A DNA stretch of 32,483 bases from an uncultured bacterium (GTDB lineage Bacteria; Acidobacteriota; Holophagae; Thermotomaculales; Thermotomaculaceae), in contig CBEUWV010000001.1 in NCBI GenBank assembly GCA_965546895.1, forward strand, positions 1 to 32,483, written 5' to 3'. The notes beneath the pieces are model-generated. The model did no database searches, was not told the DNA's origin, and was given only the letters and a program-made list of their open reading frames with translations. Shown here piece by piece: positions 1 to 8,573 of this stretch (within the stretch, counting starts at the first letter, position 1; each line of letters starts with the position of its first letter). A program made the position numbers and the translations under genes.

Positions 1-180
1 CACCATCCACTATTCACTATCCACGCACCGAAGGTGCTCGCTATCCACCATTCACTGTGCCGCAAAGCGGCAGATAGCCAACTCCCTGAGTTCACTGTCC
101 ACTATCCACCATCCACTATTCACTATCCACGCACCGAAGGTGCTCGCTATCCACCATTCACGGTGCCGCAAAGCGGCACC
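1..180. repeat. Direct duplication of a 72-bp unit (1-72 and 107-178, 71/72 identical, period 106 bp). Each unit carries CAC-phased heptamers and two GC hairpins. It may extend beyond the left window edge.
   Basis: Base-by-base comparison shows one difference (t56 vs g162). CAC recurs every 7 nt at 93,100,107,114,121,128 and at 8,15,22. Hairpins are GCACC-GAA-GGTGC (25-37, 131-143) and GGTGCCGC-AAA-GCGGCACC (162-180), the latter directly abutting the stop of the minus-strand gene at 181. Confidence 0.9.
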
Positions 181-1203
181 TCAGTCTCCGCCGATCATGT
201 TGAATACACCACCCAGCACGGAACCTTCGCCGACCTGTTTTCCGCCACCCTGGGGCGCCGCGGCGTAGATACGGTCTGCAAGCCTGGAGAAGGGCAGGGA
301 CTGGAGCCAGACGTCTCCCGGGCCAGTGAGCGTGGCAAGGAAGAGGCCTTCTCCGCCGAAGAAGATGGATTTCAGTTTTTTCACCATCTGAATGTCATAG
401 GCTACGGAGGGGGTAAAGCCAACCAGACAGCCGGTATCTACGCGGAGTGTCTGCCCGGCGGCCAGTTTCCGGTTTATTACGGTGCCACCGGCATGGACAA
501 AGGCTTTCCCGTCTCCTTTCAACCGTTGCATGATGAAGCCTTCTCCACCGAAAAATCCTGCACCAATCCGTTTGTTGAACGCAATGCCGATCTCGGTTCC
601 CATGGCGGCGCAGAGAAAGGCATCTTTCTGGCAGATAAATTCACCGCCCAGTGTTTTCAGATCCAATGCGATAATTTTCCCCGGATAGGGAGCGCCGAAA
701 GAGACATGGCTTTTCCCGGTACCCTGGTGGGTAAACCAGGTCATGAAGAGGGATTCACCGGTTATTTTTCGCTTGGCACCGGCCATCAGTTTTCCCATGA
801 AGCCCTGGTCCGGCTGGGAGCCGTCGCCGAAGCGGGTTTCCATGTCAATGCCGTCTTCCATGAACATCATGGCGCCAGCTTCCGCGATGACCGTTTCTGC
901 CGGGTCCAGTTCTATTTCAACAAACTGCATTTCTTCACCGAAAACCTTGTAGTCAATTTCATGGGATTGGATTGGCCCGCCCGATGTCGGTACCGGAGGA
1001 GCTGCCGCAGTTGTCGGGCTGATTGCAGAGGAAAAATCGGCAATCTGAGCTGCCGGGGTCCAGTCCTGGGTTATCCCGTTGGCGAAAACAAGCGTTTCCC
1101 CGTTTATTTCCCGGGTACGCAGTTTATTAATTATATCTTCCCGTCCGAATGGCCCCTGCTGTTGTCCAGCAACAGCGATATACCACATTGCTGCATCACT
1201 CAT
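181..1203 (-). CDS. GYF_2 (DUF4339)-domain protein fused to an AIM24/TIGR00266 (DUF124) family domain
   Basis: 340-aa ORF. The N-terminus [18 protein letters not shown]...[20 protein letters not shown] matches the GYF_2 pattern. The C-terminal part ([20 protein letters not shown]...[22 protein letters not shown]...[14 protein letters not shown]) is typical of the AIM24/TIGR00266 family. A GGGAGGA SD lies 5 nt upstream of the ATG. Confidence 0.85.
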   Translation of the reverse strand: MSDAAMWYIAVAGQQQGPFGREDIINKLRTREINGETLVFANGITQDWTPAAQIADFSSAISPTTAAAPPVPTSGGPIQSHEIDYKVFGEEMQFVEIELDPAETVIAEAGAMMFMEDGIDMETRFGDGSQPDQGFMGKLMAGAKRKITGESLFMTWFTHQGTGKSHVSFGAPYPGKIIALDLKTLGGEFICQKDAFLCAAMGTEIGIAFNKRIGAGFFGGEGFIMQRLKGDGKAFVHAGGTVINRKLAAGQTLRVDTGCLVGFTPSVAYDIQMVKKLKSIFFGGEGLFLATLTGPGDVWLQSLPFSRLADRIYAAAPQGGGKQVGEGSVLGGVFNMIGGD

Positions 1204-1339
1204 TCTATCCTCCCTGTGTTTCTGATTTTATGTGCTTTTACGCACAGTGAGTATACATCAATTCATTCCAGATTTCCCGTGATTCTGCTCACTAATTTCT
1301 GTATTGAATTCTCTTATTGAAACCTTTTCTCAACAGAAA

Positions 1340-1348
1340 TGGTATAGT
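1340..1348 (+). promoter_or_regulatory. Candidate extended -10 promoter (TGgTATAGT) for the 1372-7677 operon
   Basis: TGGTATAGT at 1340-1348 lies 24 nt upstream of the ATG at 1372. A TTGAAA at 1317-1322 is 20 nt away, too far for a canonical -35. The same TGGTATnGT motif precedes pyrH. Confidence 0.35.
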
Positions 1349-1371
1349 TATCTGTAGAAAAGAGGACGGAA

Positions 1372-2577
1372 ATGAAAAACAAAAGTGTACTGATTATCAT
1401 TCTGCTGATTTTGTCTACGGCCTGTATGAGAGGTCCGGAACAGGTGGTTTACACGCCGGAAGGATTTCGCCGGGAAGTAGCGGGTCGTCTTGGCCATCAG
1501 CTTAACCGAATCGGTACAATCTCTGTTCCGGGGGGCAAAGGTGTAACACAGGTTGTGACGCCAGCTACACTGATGAGGCCGCCATTTGAACTCAGCCCCA
1601 GCACAATGGAAGGTATGAGCCCTTGCCTGAAATCCGGGGTCAGTCAGAAGGAACGGTTCAATTTTTTGTACAAATGTCTCTTTGGCAGTGCTAACCATTT
1701 TGCCTACATTGCCGACAGTACGCTCAGTGCGGATGCCTGCTTTAAGAATCATCAGGGAAATTGTTTTGCGATGACCAATCTGCTCGTTGGAGCGGCCCGT
1801 TTCACAAAACTTGATGCCTACTACATGCTGGTTTAAGATATTATTGGGAATCAAGCTCAGGGAGAAACGGTGATACATACGAATCATATTATTACCGCGA
1901 TTCAAATCGGTCCGGAGCGCAGGCTGGTCGATTTTATCCCCAATTCGAAGCGATATCATTATTTAACATTGCTGTCTGACGTTCAGGCAACGGGGCTTTA
2001 TTACAACAACCTGGGTGCCCGGCTTTTGCTTAAGAAGCGGGATCAGGAAGCCGAAACGCTTTTCAAAATAGCAGTAGCATTGTATCCGAACTCCTATCAG
2101 ATTCACAACAATCTCGGTGTACTGATGTTGAGGACAGGCAAAATTCAGGAAGCCAGGAAGCATTTTTTCACGGCACTTCAAATGGCCCGATTTCCAGATC
2201 TCGTCCTGGGTAACATGATGAAAACGTTTGAAAAAAGTGGAAATATGAAATCTTTTGAGCTACTGAGAAAAGATCTGGAAAAAGCTAAAAAGCGAAATCC
2301 GTACTTTTATTTGAGCCTCGCGCGTCGTGAATACTGGAAGCATAACTATGCCAGCGCATTGAAACTGTGCCGTACCGCCAAGCGGATCAGCAGGGAGATT
2401 CCGGAAATTTACGTGATCGAGTTCAGAATTTACGGAAAACTGGGATTGAAAAAGAAACAGGAGAAAGCATACAGAAAGCTCTTGAAATATGAACATTTTG
2501 ATAAGGACGCACCGCCCATGCCGGAAATTGTGGATCCCCCGAAAAGGCTGTCGGAAAGTGTTGGAGAAAAGCCATGA
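1372..2577 (+). pseudogene. Transglutaminase-like cysteine peptidase domain + TPR lipoprotein, interrupted by one in-frame TAA (1834-1836). It is a paralogue of 10175-11365.
   Basis: ORFs 1372-1836 and 1870-2577 are in the same frame (1870-1372=498). The 33 nt between them read DIIGNQAQGET and align with EDIVGNKVEAD of the intact paralogue. The TAA replaces the paralogue's GAA (Glu). Lipobox LSTAC is present. The Cys motif is GNCFAMTNL, and the His (NHIIT) and Asp (LVDF) lie downstream of the stop. Confidence 0.7.
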
Positions 2578-3455
2578 TTCTGGCTGTGGACATTGGTGGG
2601 ACCCAGACAAAGTATGGAGTACTGAACCCTCTGGGAGAGTTTATTCCGCCCTTTCCAGCGGTTTTTCCAACGCCTGGAACGAATATTGTGGCGAAGCTGG
2701 ATTCCCTCATTGGTGATATCCGGCAGAACCATTCGCTGAAGGCTGTGGGAATTTCCATTGCTGCCAACGTGGGAAGGGATGGGGCAGTTCTCCACGCGAC
2801 CAACCTCCCCATATCCACACCCATTGAGTTGGGCAGGATGTTGTCTGAAAGCCTTGAAGTCCCTGTGAAGGTAGAGAATGACGGGAATTGCGCTGCCCTT
2901 GCCGTGTCAAGGTTTCCCGGCGTGGCGGCGGATGACACTTTCGCGGTATTGACACTTGGAACGGGAGTGGGAGGCGGTATTGTTTACAATGGAAAATTGA
3001 TGGGCTCAGACACCGGTGCGGTGGCCGAGTTAGGGCATATTGTTGTGGACCCTGCCGGTCCTCTCTGCGGTTGTGGAAAGCACGGATGTCTGGAGGCTTT
3101 TATTGGGGAATCCGCCCTTGTTGAACGGTACAATAAAAGCGCTTCCCGACAGCTTCATTTTACAAAGGAAATTTCCGGACTTCTGGAAACGGGAGACTTA
3201 GAAGCTATGGCTTTAGCCCGTTTCGCCGGAGACATTCTGGGAAGAGGAATGGCCATTATTTCTGATATAATAGCCCCACGGTCATTTTATGTAGCAGGTG
3301 GAGTTGCGGGATTGGGTGAGCCGTTTCTGACCGCGGCAAGGGAAAGCCTGGACCGGCTCTGTTTTCTTCGACTGTTGAAACAGACTCCATCGATTGAATT
3401 TGTCAAGGATGCTCATTTTCTCTCCTTGAAAGGAGCATGGGTACTGGCCTCATGA
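2574..3455 (+). CDS. ROK family sugar kinase (glucokinase-like)
   Basis: N-terminal ILAVDIGGTQTK ATP-binding motif and the ROK zinc motif GHIVVDPAGPLCGCGKHGCLEA. ATGA start/stop overlap with the upstream gene. Confidence 0.85.
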   Translation: MILAVDIGGTQTKYGVLNPLGEFIPPFPAVFPTPGTNIVAKLDSLIGDIRQNHSLKAVGISIAANVGRDGAVLHATNLPISTPIELGRMLSESLEVPVKVENDGNCAALAVSRFPGVAADDTFAVLTLGTGVGGGIVYNGKLMGSDTGAVAELGHIVVDPAGPLCGCGKHGCLEAFIGESALVERYNKSASRQLHFTKEISGLLETGDLEAMALARFAGDILGRGMAIISDIIAPRSFYVAGGVAGLGEPFLTAARESLDRLCFLRLLKQTPSIEFVKDAHFLSLKGAWVLAS

Positions 3456-5800
3456 ACCGGAATTTTCACTTAACCAGCGGACTTATCGCCTTACTCCTGG
3501 CGTTTTTGAGCCTGTATGATATGAGCCGGGCTCAACTGTATGACGGGATTTCGCCCGGGATTAGCAGGGATGGCGTTCTGGTTCAGAGTGTGGCTCCGGA
3601 ATCTCCGGCTGCCCGCGCGGGGATTCGCCGGGGGGATATTCTGCTGGGAGTTTCTCATGAGCTCGTGAAAAAACCTTTCACAATACCGGATTTGCTGCGA
3701 AATGCGAAAGACTCTGGAGTCCCCTACCTGTTGCAGAGAGGAGAAAATATACTGACAGTCTCTGTTTCACCAGAGCAGGCACGTGCCATAACACCTTTTC
3801 ATATCTTTGCGGGCCTTCTGATGATTCTGTTTTTTCTCATTGGATTGATCGTCCTCTTGAACAACCCGGTGGGGAGTGAGTCCCGTCTATTTTATTACCT
3901 CACCATGGCCTTAATGCTGCTCTTCACGTGTTTCCTCAGACCCCATTCATATGCGCTGAGCCACCTGGTAATCCGTTCTGTCGGCCAGCTGGCGTATATT
4001 CTTCTGCCTGCGTTTTTTCTTCATTTTTTTCTGATTTACCCGATGAAAAATCCAATACAGAAGAAATGGCATTTTCATGTCATACTGATATACGCGATTC
4101 CTGTTTCTCTCCTTATTTTCAGCTCCATTCGCATCTACATCACCGGTATCCCAATCAAATTTGACTGGCCATGGGCGCTGTACCTGGTCTACAGCGGAGC
4201 TACCCTGGCGATTCTTTTTTCCAGTTCAAGGCGAACAATGCCATCTGGAAAGAACGGTTTGCTGAGAATTTACAGTCTGGGGATGCTTCCATTTGTGCTG
4301 GCGGGAATCCCATTGGGAATTGCCCGGAATCATGCCGACATAGCCTCAATACTTTCTGCTCCTATGGTGTTGATTCCGGTTTACCTGTCCTACCGTATTT
4401 ACAGATTCGGTTTTTTCAATATCCGGGTACTTTTGAAGAAGAGTTTGCTCTATTCATTTATTTTATTGATTTCATCCGTGCTATACGCGATCCTTCTCTT
4501 TCTCATCAACACAATGCTTTCCAACTACAACCTGACGGATCCCTATCTGTACTCTATGGGATTGGCTGTGGCTATTGTTTTTCTGTTTAATCCACTCCAC
4601 TCTTTTCTTCAAACTCAGTTGGAGGATGTTTTCCTTGAAAAGGAAAAGCGCAGGGAACTTGATATCACAACCCGGGCGGAACAAATGCTTATTGTCAAAA
4701 ACCGGGAAGAACTGATAAGCAGAGTACTGACGCTGTTAAGTGAAATCATACCGGATACGTTTGCCGTACTGGTTCACACAGAAAATGATTGTTTCAGTGA
4801 TATTGAATCGAAACGACTGGTAACACTGAAAGATCAGCCGGGAAAGTCAAGGTTTTTTCTGTTGGAAAATTCCATCGAAAATGAGTTTTATCCCTTTTAT
4901 CAGAAAGGATTCAGAATCGGATTCCCTTTCCGGAAAGCCGGTCAGATACGGGCATTTGTCCTGGCAAGGAGCGTGTTGTTTGAAGAAGAACTTGAGATTG
5001 TGAGGAGAATTTTACTCCATTTTGTTACTGCCCATGAGAATGAACGATTGCTCGCACGCCTGTCCCAGCAGATTGAATTGGAAAGGGATATGAAGATTGC
5101 CGGTTTCATCCAGAAGAGCCTGATCCCATCTGCGCATCCGGATAATGCTTTATTCAGGGTGTACGGTGTTTCGGTTCCTTCCAAGATAATCGGCGGTGAT
5201 TTTTTCGACTATTTTTCGGTTACGGGTTCAAACAGAACCGGAATTCTTATCGGAGATGTGGCGGGGAAATCTATTCCCGCAGCGCTGATGATGGTTGCGG
5301 CGAAGGAAACCATCAGCTCCCAGGCAAGTTCATTGAGTACACCGGAAGAGATTATGAGCCGCGCAAGTGAGCTTCTCGTCGAGAAGAGCAGCGCAAACAT
5401 GTTTGTGGCAGCCTGCTACTGCTGTATAAACAAAGACAAACGGCTCGTGTCCTTGGTCAATGCGGGAATGCCGTCCCCCTACCTGGTTCGGGATGGCGAA
5501 GTAAGCCAGATCCCCCGTCAGAAACCCAGGTTCCCACTGGGTCTTGTGAAGGGGGTTCAATACAGACAGCACAACATGGAATTCAAACGGGGCGACCGCA
5601 TTATCATGTTGTCAGATGGTTTCACAGAAGCCCTGGACCATGAAATTGAGGGTCTTCTGAAGCGATGTGCGTTTGAATCCCCAATGGGTTTTACACAGAA
5701 TATCCTGCAGCACTTGCAGCGGAAATCCGGGGAGGGACTTGCGGACGATGCCACAATTGTGACGATTGAAATAAAAGACGATATGAATATGGAGGAATAA
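3437..5800 (+). CDS. PDZ domain / polytopic membrane / PP2C-type (SpoIIE family) serine phosphatase
   Basis: The PDZ-like segment is GVLVQSVAPESPAARAGIRRGDILLGV. About 8-10 hydrophobic helices follow. The C-terminal PP2C/SpoIIE motifs are GGDFFDYF, GDVAGKSIPAALMM and MLSDGFTEA...DDATIVTIE. An alternative ATGA-coupled start exists at 3452. Confidence 0.85.
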   Translation: MGTGLMNRNFHLTSGLIALLLAFLSLYDMSRAQLYDGISPGISRDGVLVQSVAPESPAARAGIRRGDILLGVSHELVKKPFTIPDLLRNAKDSGVPYLLQRGENILTVSVSPEQARAITPFHIFAGLLMILFFLIGLIVLLNNPVGSESRLFYYLTMALMLLFTCFLRPHSYALSHLVIRSVGQLAYILLPAFFLHFFLIYPMKNPIQKKWHFHVILIYAIPVSLLIFSSIRIYITGIPIKFDWPWALYLVYSGATLAILFSSSRRTMPSGKNGLLRIYSLGMLPFVLAGIPLGIARNHADIASILSAPMVLIPVYLSYRIYRFGFFNIRVLLKKSLLYSFILLISSVLYAILLFLINTMLSNYNLTDPYLYSMGLAVAIVFLFNPLHSFLQTQLEDVFLEKEKRRELDITTRAEQMLIVKNREELISRVLTLLSEIIPDTFAVLVHTENDCFSDIESKRLVTLKDQPGKSRFFLLENSIENEFYPFYQKGFRIGFPFRKAGQIRAFVLARSVLFEEELEIVRRILLHFVTAHENERLLARLSQQIELERDMKIAGFIQKSLIPSAHPDNALFRVYGVSVPSKIIGGDFFDYFSVTGSNRTGILIGDVAGKSIPAALMMVAAKETISSQASSLSTPEEIMSRASELLVEKSSANMFVAACYCCINKDKRLVSLVNAGMPSPYLVRDGEVSQIPRQKPRFPLGLVKGVQYRQHNMEFKRGDRIIMLSDGFTEALDHEIEGLLKRCAFESPMGFTQNILQHLQRKSGEGLADDATIVTIEIKDDMNMEE

Positions 5801-5801
5801 T

Positions 5802-7229
5802 ATGGTAAGAAAAATGGCAATTGCCCTTTTTATTTGTGGAGTAATTGTGGCCAGCTACTACGCATTGACCCGAGAGCGGTTTTACAGTTCCCATTCAAGA
5901 AAGGCACTGGAGCACTACCGGGACGGTGTGGACAATATGATGAAATACTACTTCCCGGAGGGAATGCGGGACATGCAATTGGCTGCTGAAGAAGACCCTG
6001 ACTTTCCGTTGCCCAATCTTTTTCTGTTGAGAGTCGAGCCGATGCCCGATGGCAGCAAAAAGCAACAGACTGAACTGTACAAGAAACTTGCCATCCCTTC
6101 GCCGAAATGGACAGACTTTGAAAGAGGTTTGATCAAGCTGTCAATGGAAAAGCCGGATCCGGAGGAGCGAGGAAAGGCCGCTGCTGAAATTGAAGCTTTT
6201 CTTCAGAAATACCCTTCCCGGATGGAGGCTTTCTTCCTGTTGATTAACAAATACAGGAAGATTGTGGAAACAGAGAATCCTGAAAAAATGGTCCACTTCT
6301 ATGAGGCGATGCATAAACGCTACCCCAACAATGCCCAGATACTCAATATGATGGGATACTTTTACGCAACGCTTGGTCAATTCAACAAGGCGAAAGGGAT
6401 TTTTGAAAAATATGTGTACATTCGGCCGGATGAGGCAAATCCTTACGACAGCTTCGGTGAGTTCTACTACAATTACGGACAGTTTGGGAAAGCAGAGACG
6501 TATTTTCGAAAGGCATTGGCCCGAAAACCCGATTTTGAAGCTTCCAAAATTCATCTCGCGAAGGTTTTACTATATGAGGGGAAGGTGTCAGCAACTCTGG
6601 ACCTTCTGGACAGGATAGATAAGAGTGGTACCGGAGCTTACACTTTAAATTCCACAACCTTCCTTCGCTTTCTCTGCTACGTATTTACCAATGACACAGC
6701 GAAAATGGAGAAACTTGTTGACAGATTACCCAAAATGAAGTTGATGGTTTCTGTCCGACAGGGGATTACGCTTCACTATTGCATGCAGACTGAAAATCTA
6801 CAATGTGTAAAAGAAATGCTCGAAAAAGAGAAAGATTCTCGTTCATTCGGTCATAATTATAACTACCTGATGGTTCAGGCCAATTTCCTTCGTATGACAG
6901 GACATCCAAAAGAGTCCGCAGCGCTTCTGACGGAGAAGTTTTCTGACCATATCCTGAACAGCAATTTTGACATTCGCCATTATGTGTATTATATTCTTAT
7001 TGAAGATTATTTGAAGCTTGGGGAGTTTGACAAGGCTGAAAAATTAGCGAATGGTCTGCCCTCAGGATTTCGAGCCTATTTCTTGATGCGAATTATGATT
7101 GCAGCAGGGGAGCTTGACAAGGCGCAAGGCTTTGCAAAAGAAGCAATTAAGGGCTTTCCTGGGGCAGATCCGGACTTTTACATTTTGACGGAAGCGAGGG
7201 AGTATGCAAAACAGGGAGATCGCAGGTAA
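5802..7229 (+). CDS. Membrane-anchored tetratricopeptide (TPR) repeat protein
   Basis: 475-aa ORF with an N-terminal TM (IALFICGVIVASYYAL) and repeated TPR-like A/Y/F-rich helical pairs (e.g. NMMGYFYATLGQFNKAKGIFEKYVYIRPDEANPYDSFGEFYYNYGQFGKAETYFRKALARKPD). A GGAGGA SD lies 5 nt upstream, and the start is 1 nt after the previous stop. Confidence 0.8.
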   Translation: MVRKMAIALFICGVIVASYYALTRERFYSSHSRKALEHYRDGVDNMMKYYFPEGMRDMQLAAEEDPDFPLPNLFLLRVEPMPDGSKKQQTELYKKLAIPSPKWTDFERGLIKLSMEKPDPEERGKAAAEIEAFLQKYPSRMEAFFLLINKYRKIVETENPEKMVHFYEAMHKRYPNNAQILNMMGYFYATLGQFNKAKGIFEKYVYIRPDEANPYDSFGEFYYNYGQFGKAETYFRKALARKPDFEASKIHLAKVLLYEGKVSATLDLLDRIDKSGTGAYTLNSTTFLRFLCYVFTNDTAKMEKLVDRLPKMKLMVSVRQGITLHYCMQTENLQCVKEMLEKEKDSRSFGHNYNYLMVQANFLRMTGHPKESAALLTEKFSDHILNSNFDIRHYVYYILIEDYLKLGEFDKAEKLANGLPSGFRAYFLMRIMIAAGELDKAQGFAKEAIKGFPGADPDFYILTEAREYAKQGDRR

Positions 7230-7677
7230 AATTCTGAAGCGAGTGCGATTATTCGACGGTCTTTCCGAAAACCAGCTGTCGAAGGTAGTGGACATGCTGG
7301 AGCCGGTAAAAGCAAAAAAAGACAACGCAATCCTGACAGAAGGTGAGGAAGGACTGGATCTTTATGTCATTCTCCGGGGCCAGGTACGAATCAGCAAATA
7401 TGTTCAGCAGGAAGAAGAAGCAATTGCCATGCTCAAGGCAGGGGCATTGTTCGGTGAAATGGCTATTTTAGGTCAGACAACACGCACGGCTTCTGTTATC
7501 GCGCATACCGATGTCCTGCTTTACAGATTGGACGGGGTACGGTTCATCACCTACCTTGAAGAAGATAAGGATGCCGGCTTTAAAATTATGAAAGAAATGT
7601 CCATGATTCTGTCCAGACGTCTGCACGAATTGAATGAACGGTATCGGAACATGCTGTCCATCGCTTCAAGCTGGTGA
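7204..7677 (+). CDS. Stand-alone cyclic-nucleotide-binding (CAP effector domain) protein, no output domain
   Basis: 157 aa. LFDGLSENQL...GEEGLDLYVILRGQVRI...FGEMAILGQTTRTASVIA is the canonical cNMP-binding fold signature. It overlaps the TPR gene by 26 nt. Confidence 0.8.
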   Translation: MQNREIAGKILKRVRLFDGLSENQLSKVVDMLEPVKAKKDNAILTEGEEGLDLYVILRGQVRISKYVQQEEEAIAMLKAGALFGEMAILGQTTRTASVIAHTDVLLYRLDGVRFITYLEEDKDAGFKIMKEMSMILSRRLHELNERYRNMLSIASSW

Positions 7678-7679
7678 TG

Positions 7680-7709
7680 CCCATGTTGTGGGCGGCGCCA
7701 CAACATGGG
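7680..7709 (+). other. Perfect 12-bp hairpin (CCCATGTTGTGG-gcggcg-CCACAACATGGG) starting 3 nt after the stop codon, with no U-tract
   Basis: The arms 7680-7691 and 7698-7709 are perfectly complementary and the loop is 6 nt. It is followed by GTGA heptads rather than a T-run. Confidence 0.7.
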
Positions 7710-7818
7710 TCGTGACTCGTGAACTGTGACCTGTGATTCACGGAAAAATGGAAAGAATCGCCGGGAGTGGCGAACGCCTTTTTTTCTCCACTTAAACTCA
7801 GACTCAAACTCAAACTTC
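7710..7818 (+). repeat. Phased intergenic element: (GTGAnnn)x4 with 7-nt period, a purine run, a GC centre + T7, then (CTyAAA)x4 with 6-nt period
   Basis: GTGA occurs at 7712, 7719, 7726 and 7733. GGAAAAATGGAAAGAA follows. Then comes CGCCgggagtGGCG..T7 (7779-7785). CTTAAA CTCAGA CTCAAA CTCAAA CTTC lies at 7791-7818. Confidence 0.85.
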
Positions 7819-7911
7819 TTTTTCCTGCGTCTTTCAATTGTAACTTTATGCAAATTCCATTATCATATTGACGGTTGATAGAAGAGTATCCATTATCAGG
7901 AGGAACATAAA

Positions 7912-8244
7912 ATGGCAGACAACATCGTATATCTCACAGATGAGACATTCAAAACAGAAGTGCTGGAGGGAACCGGCGTTACAATCGTAGATTTCTGGGC
8001 ACCCTGGTGCGGACCCTGTCGAATGATCGCACCGGTTCTTGAGGAACTGGCAACAGAATATGACGGGAAACTGAAGGTTGGAAAAGTCAACGTTGACGAA
8101 CATCAGGACGCTGCCCGGCAATATGGAATCGCGAGTATCCCCACCCTGCTTTTATTCAAGGACGGACAGCTTGTAGACAGGGCAATTGGCGCGATGCCGA
8201 AGCCTCAGCTGGAGCAGTTTATCAAAGGGACATTGGAAGGCTGA
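7912..8244 (+). CDS. trxA: Thioredoxin
   Basis: 110 aa with the WAPWCGPCR active site and a GGAGG SD upstream. Confidence 0.95.
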   Translation: MADNIVYLTDETFKTEVLEGTGVTIVDFWAPWCGPCRMIAPVLEELATEYDGKLKVGKVNVDEHQDAARQYGIASIPTLLLFKDGQLVDRAIGAMPKPQLEQFIKGTLEG

Positions 8245-8272
8245 GTTTCAGTCCCTCATGGAGGTTTGAAGC

Positions 8273-8482
8273 ATGCCCATTTATGAATATCATTGCAATG
8301 AATGCAACACAGACTTTGAACAGCTGGTGTTCAGCAGCTCTCAGGCAGACAATATTCCCTGCACCAAATGCGGAAGTACCAACGTTGAACGGAAGGTCTC
8401 ATCCATTGCATCTACAGGGGCTTCCGGATCATCTGCCGGTGAGGCTGCCTTCAGTGGTTGCGGTTCAAGCGGATTCAGCTGA
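8273..8482 (+). CDS. FmdB-family putative regulatory zinc-ribbon protein (CxxC_CxxC_SSSS)
   Basis: MPIYEYHCNECNTDFEQL...CTKCGSTNVERKVSS with a Ser/Gly-rich tail. A GGAGG SD is present. Confidence 0.85.
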   Translation: MPIYEYHCNECNTDFEQLVFSSSQADNIPCTKCGSTNVERKVSSIASTGASGSSAGEAAFSGCGSSGFS

Positions 8483-8522
8483 GCTTGAGATCCGGCAGGC
8501 GGTGCCTGCTTAAAGTGACAAT

Positions 8523-8551
8523 AAAAAACCCGCCATTTGGCGGGTTTTTTT
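8523..8551. terminator. Bidirectional rho-independent terminator shared by the convergent FmdB-like gene and ahcY
   Basis: AAAAAACCCGCC-attt-GGCGGGTTTTTTT. A 6-bp GC stem is flanked by an A-run and a T-run, so it reads as a terminator on both strands. Confidence 0.9.
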
Positions 8552-8573
8552 GTGGATATGAGGTTACCGGAGA

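Noticed and set aside
34-1320. A 428-aa plus-strand ORF, the longest ORF at the left end.
   Set aside because: It is entirely antisense to the well-supported GYF_2/AIM24-family gene (181-1203). Its 5' part translates the CAC heptad repeat. It has no SD and no recognisable domain, so it is a shadow ORF.
1834-1836. In-frame stop read as programmed recoding (selenocysteine or pyrrolysine).
   Set aside because: The codon is TAA, not TGA or TAG, and the paralogue has an ordinary Glu codon here. A nonsense mutation or a base-call error is the simpler explanation.
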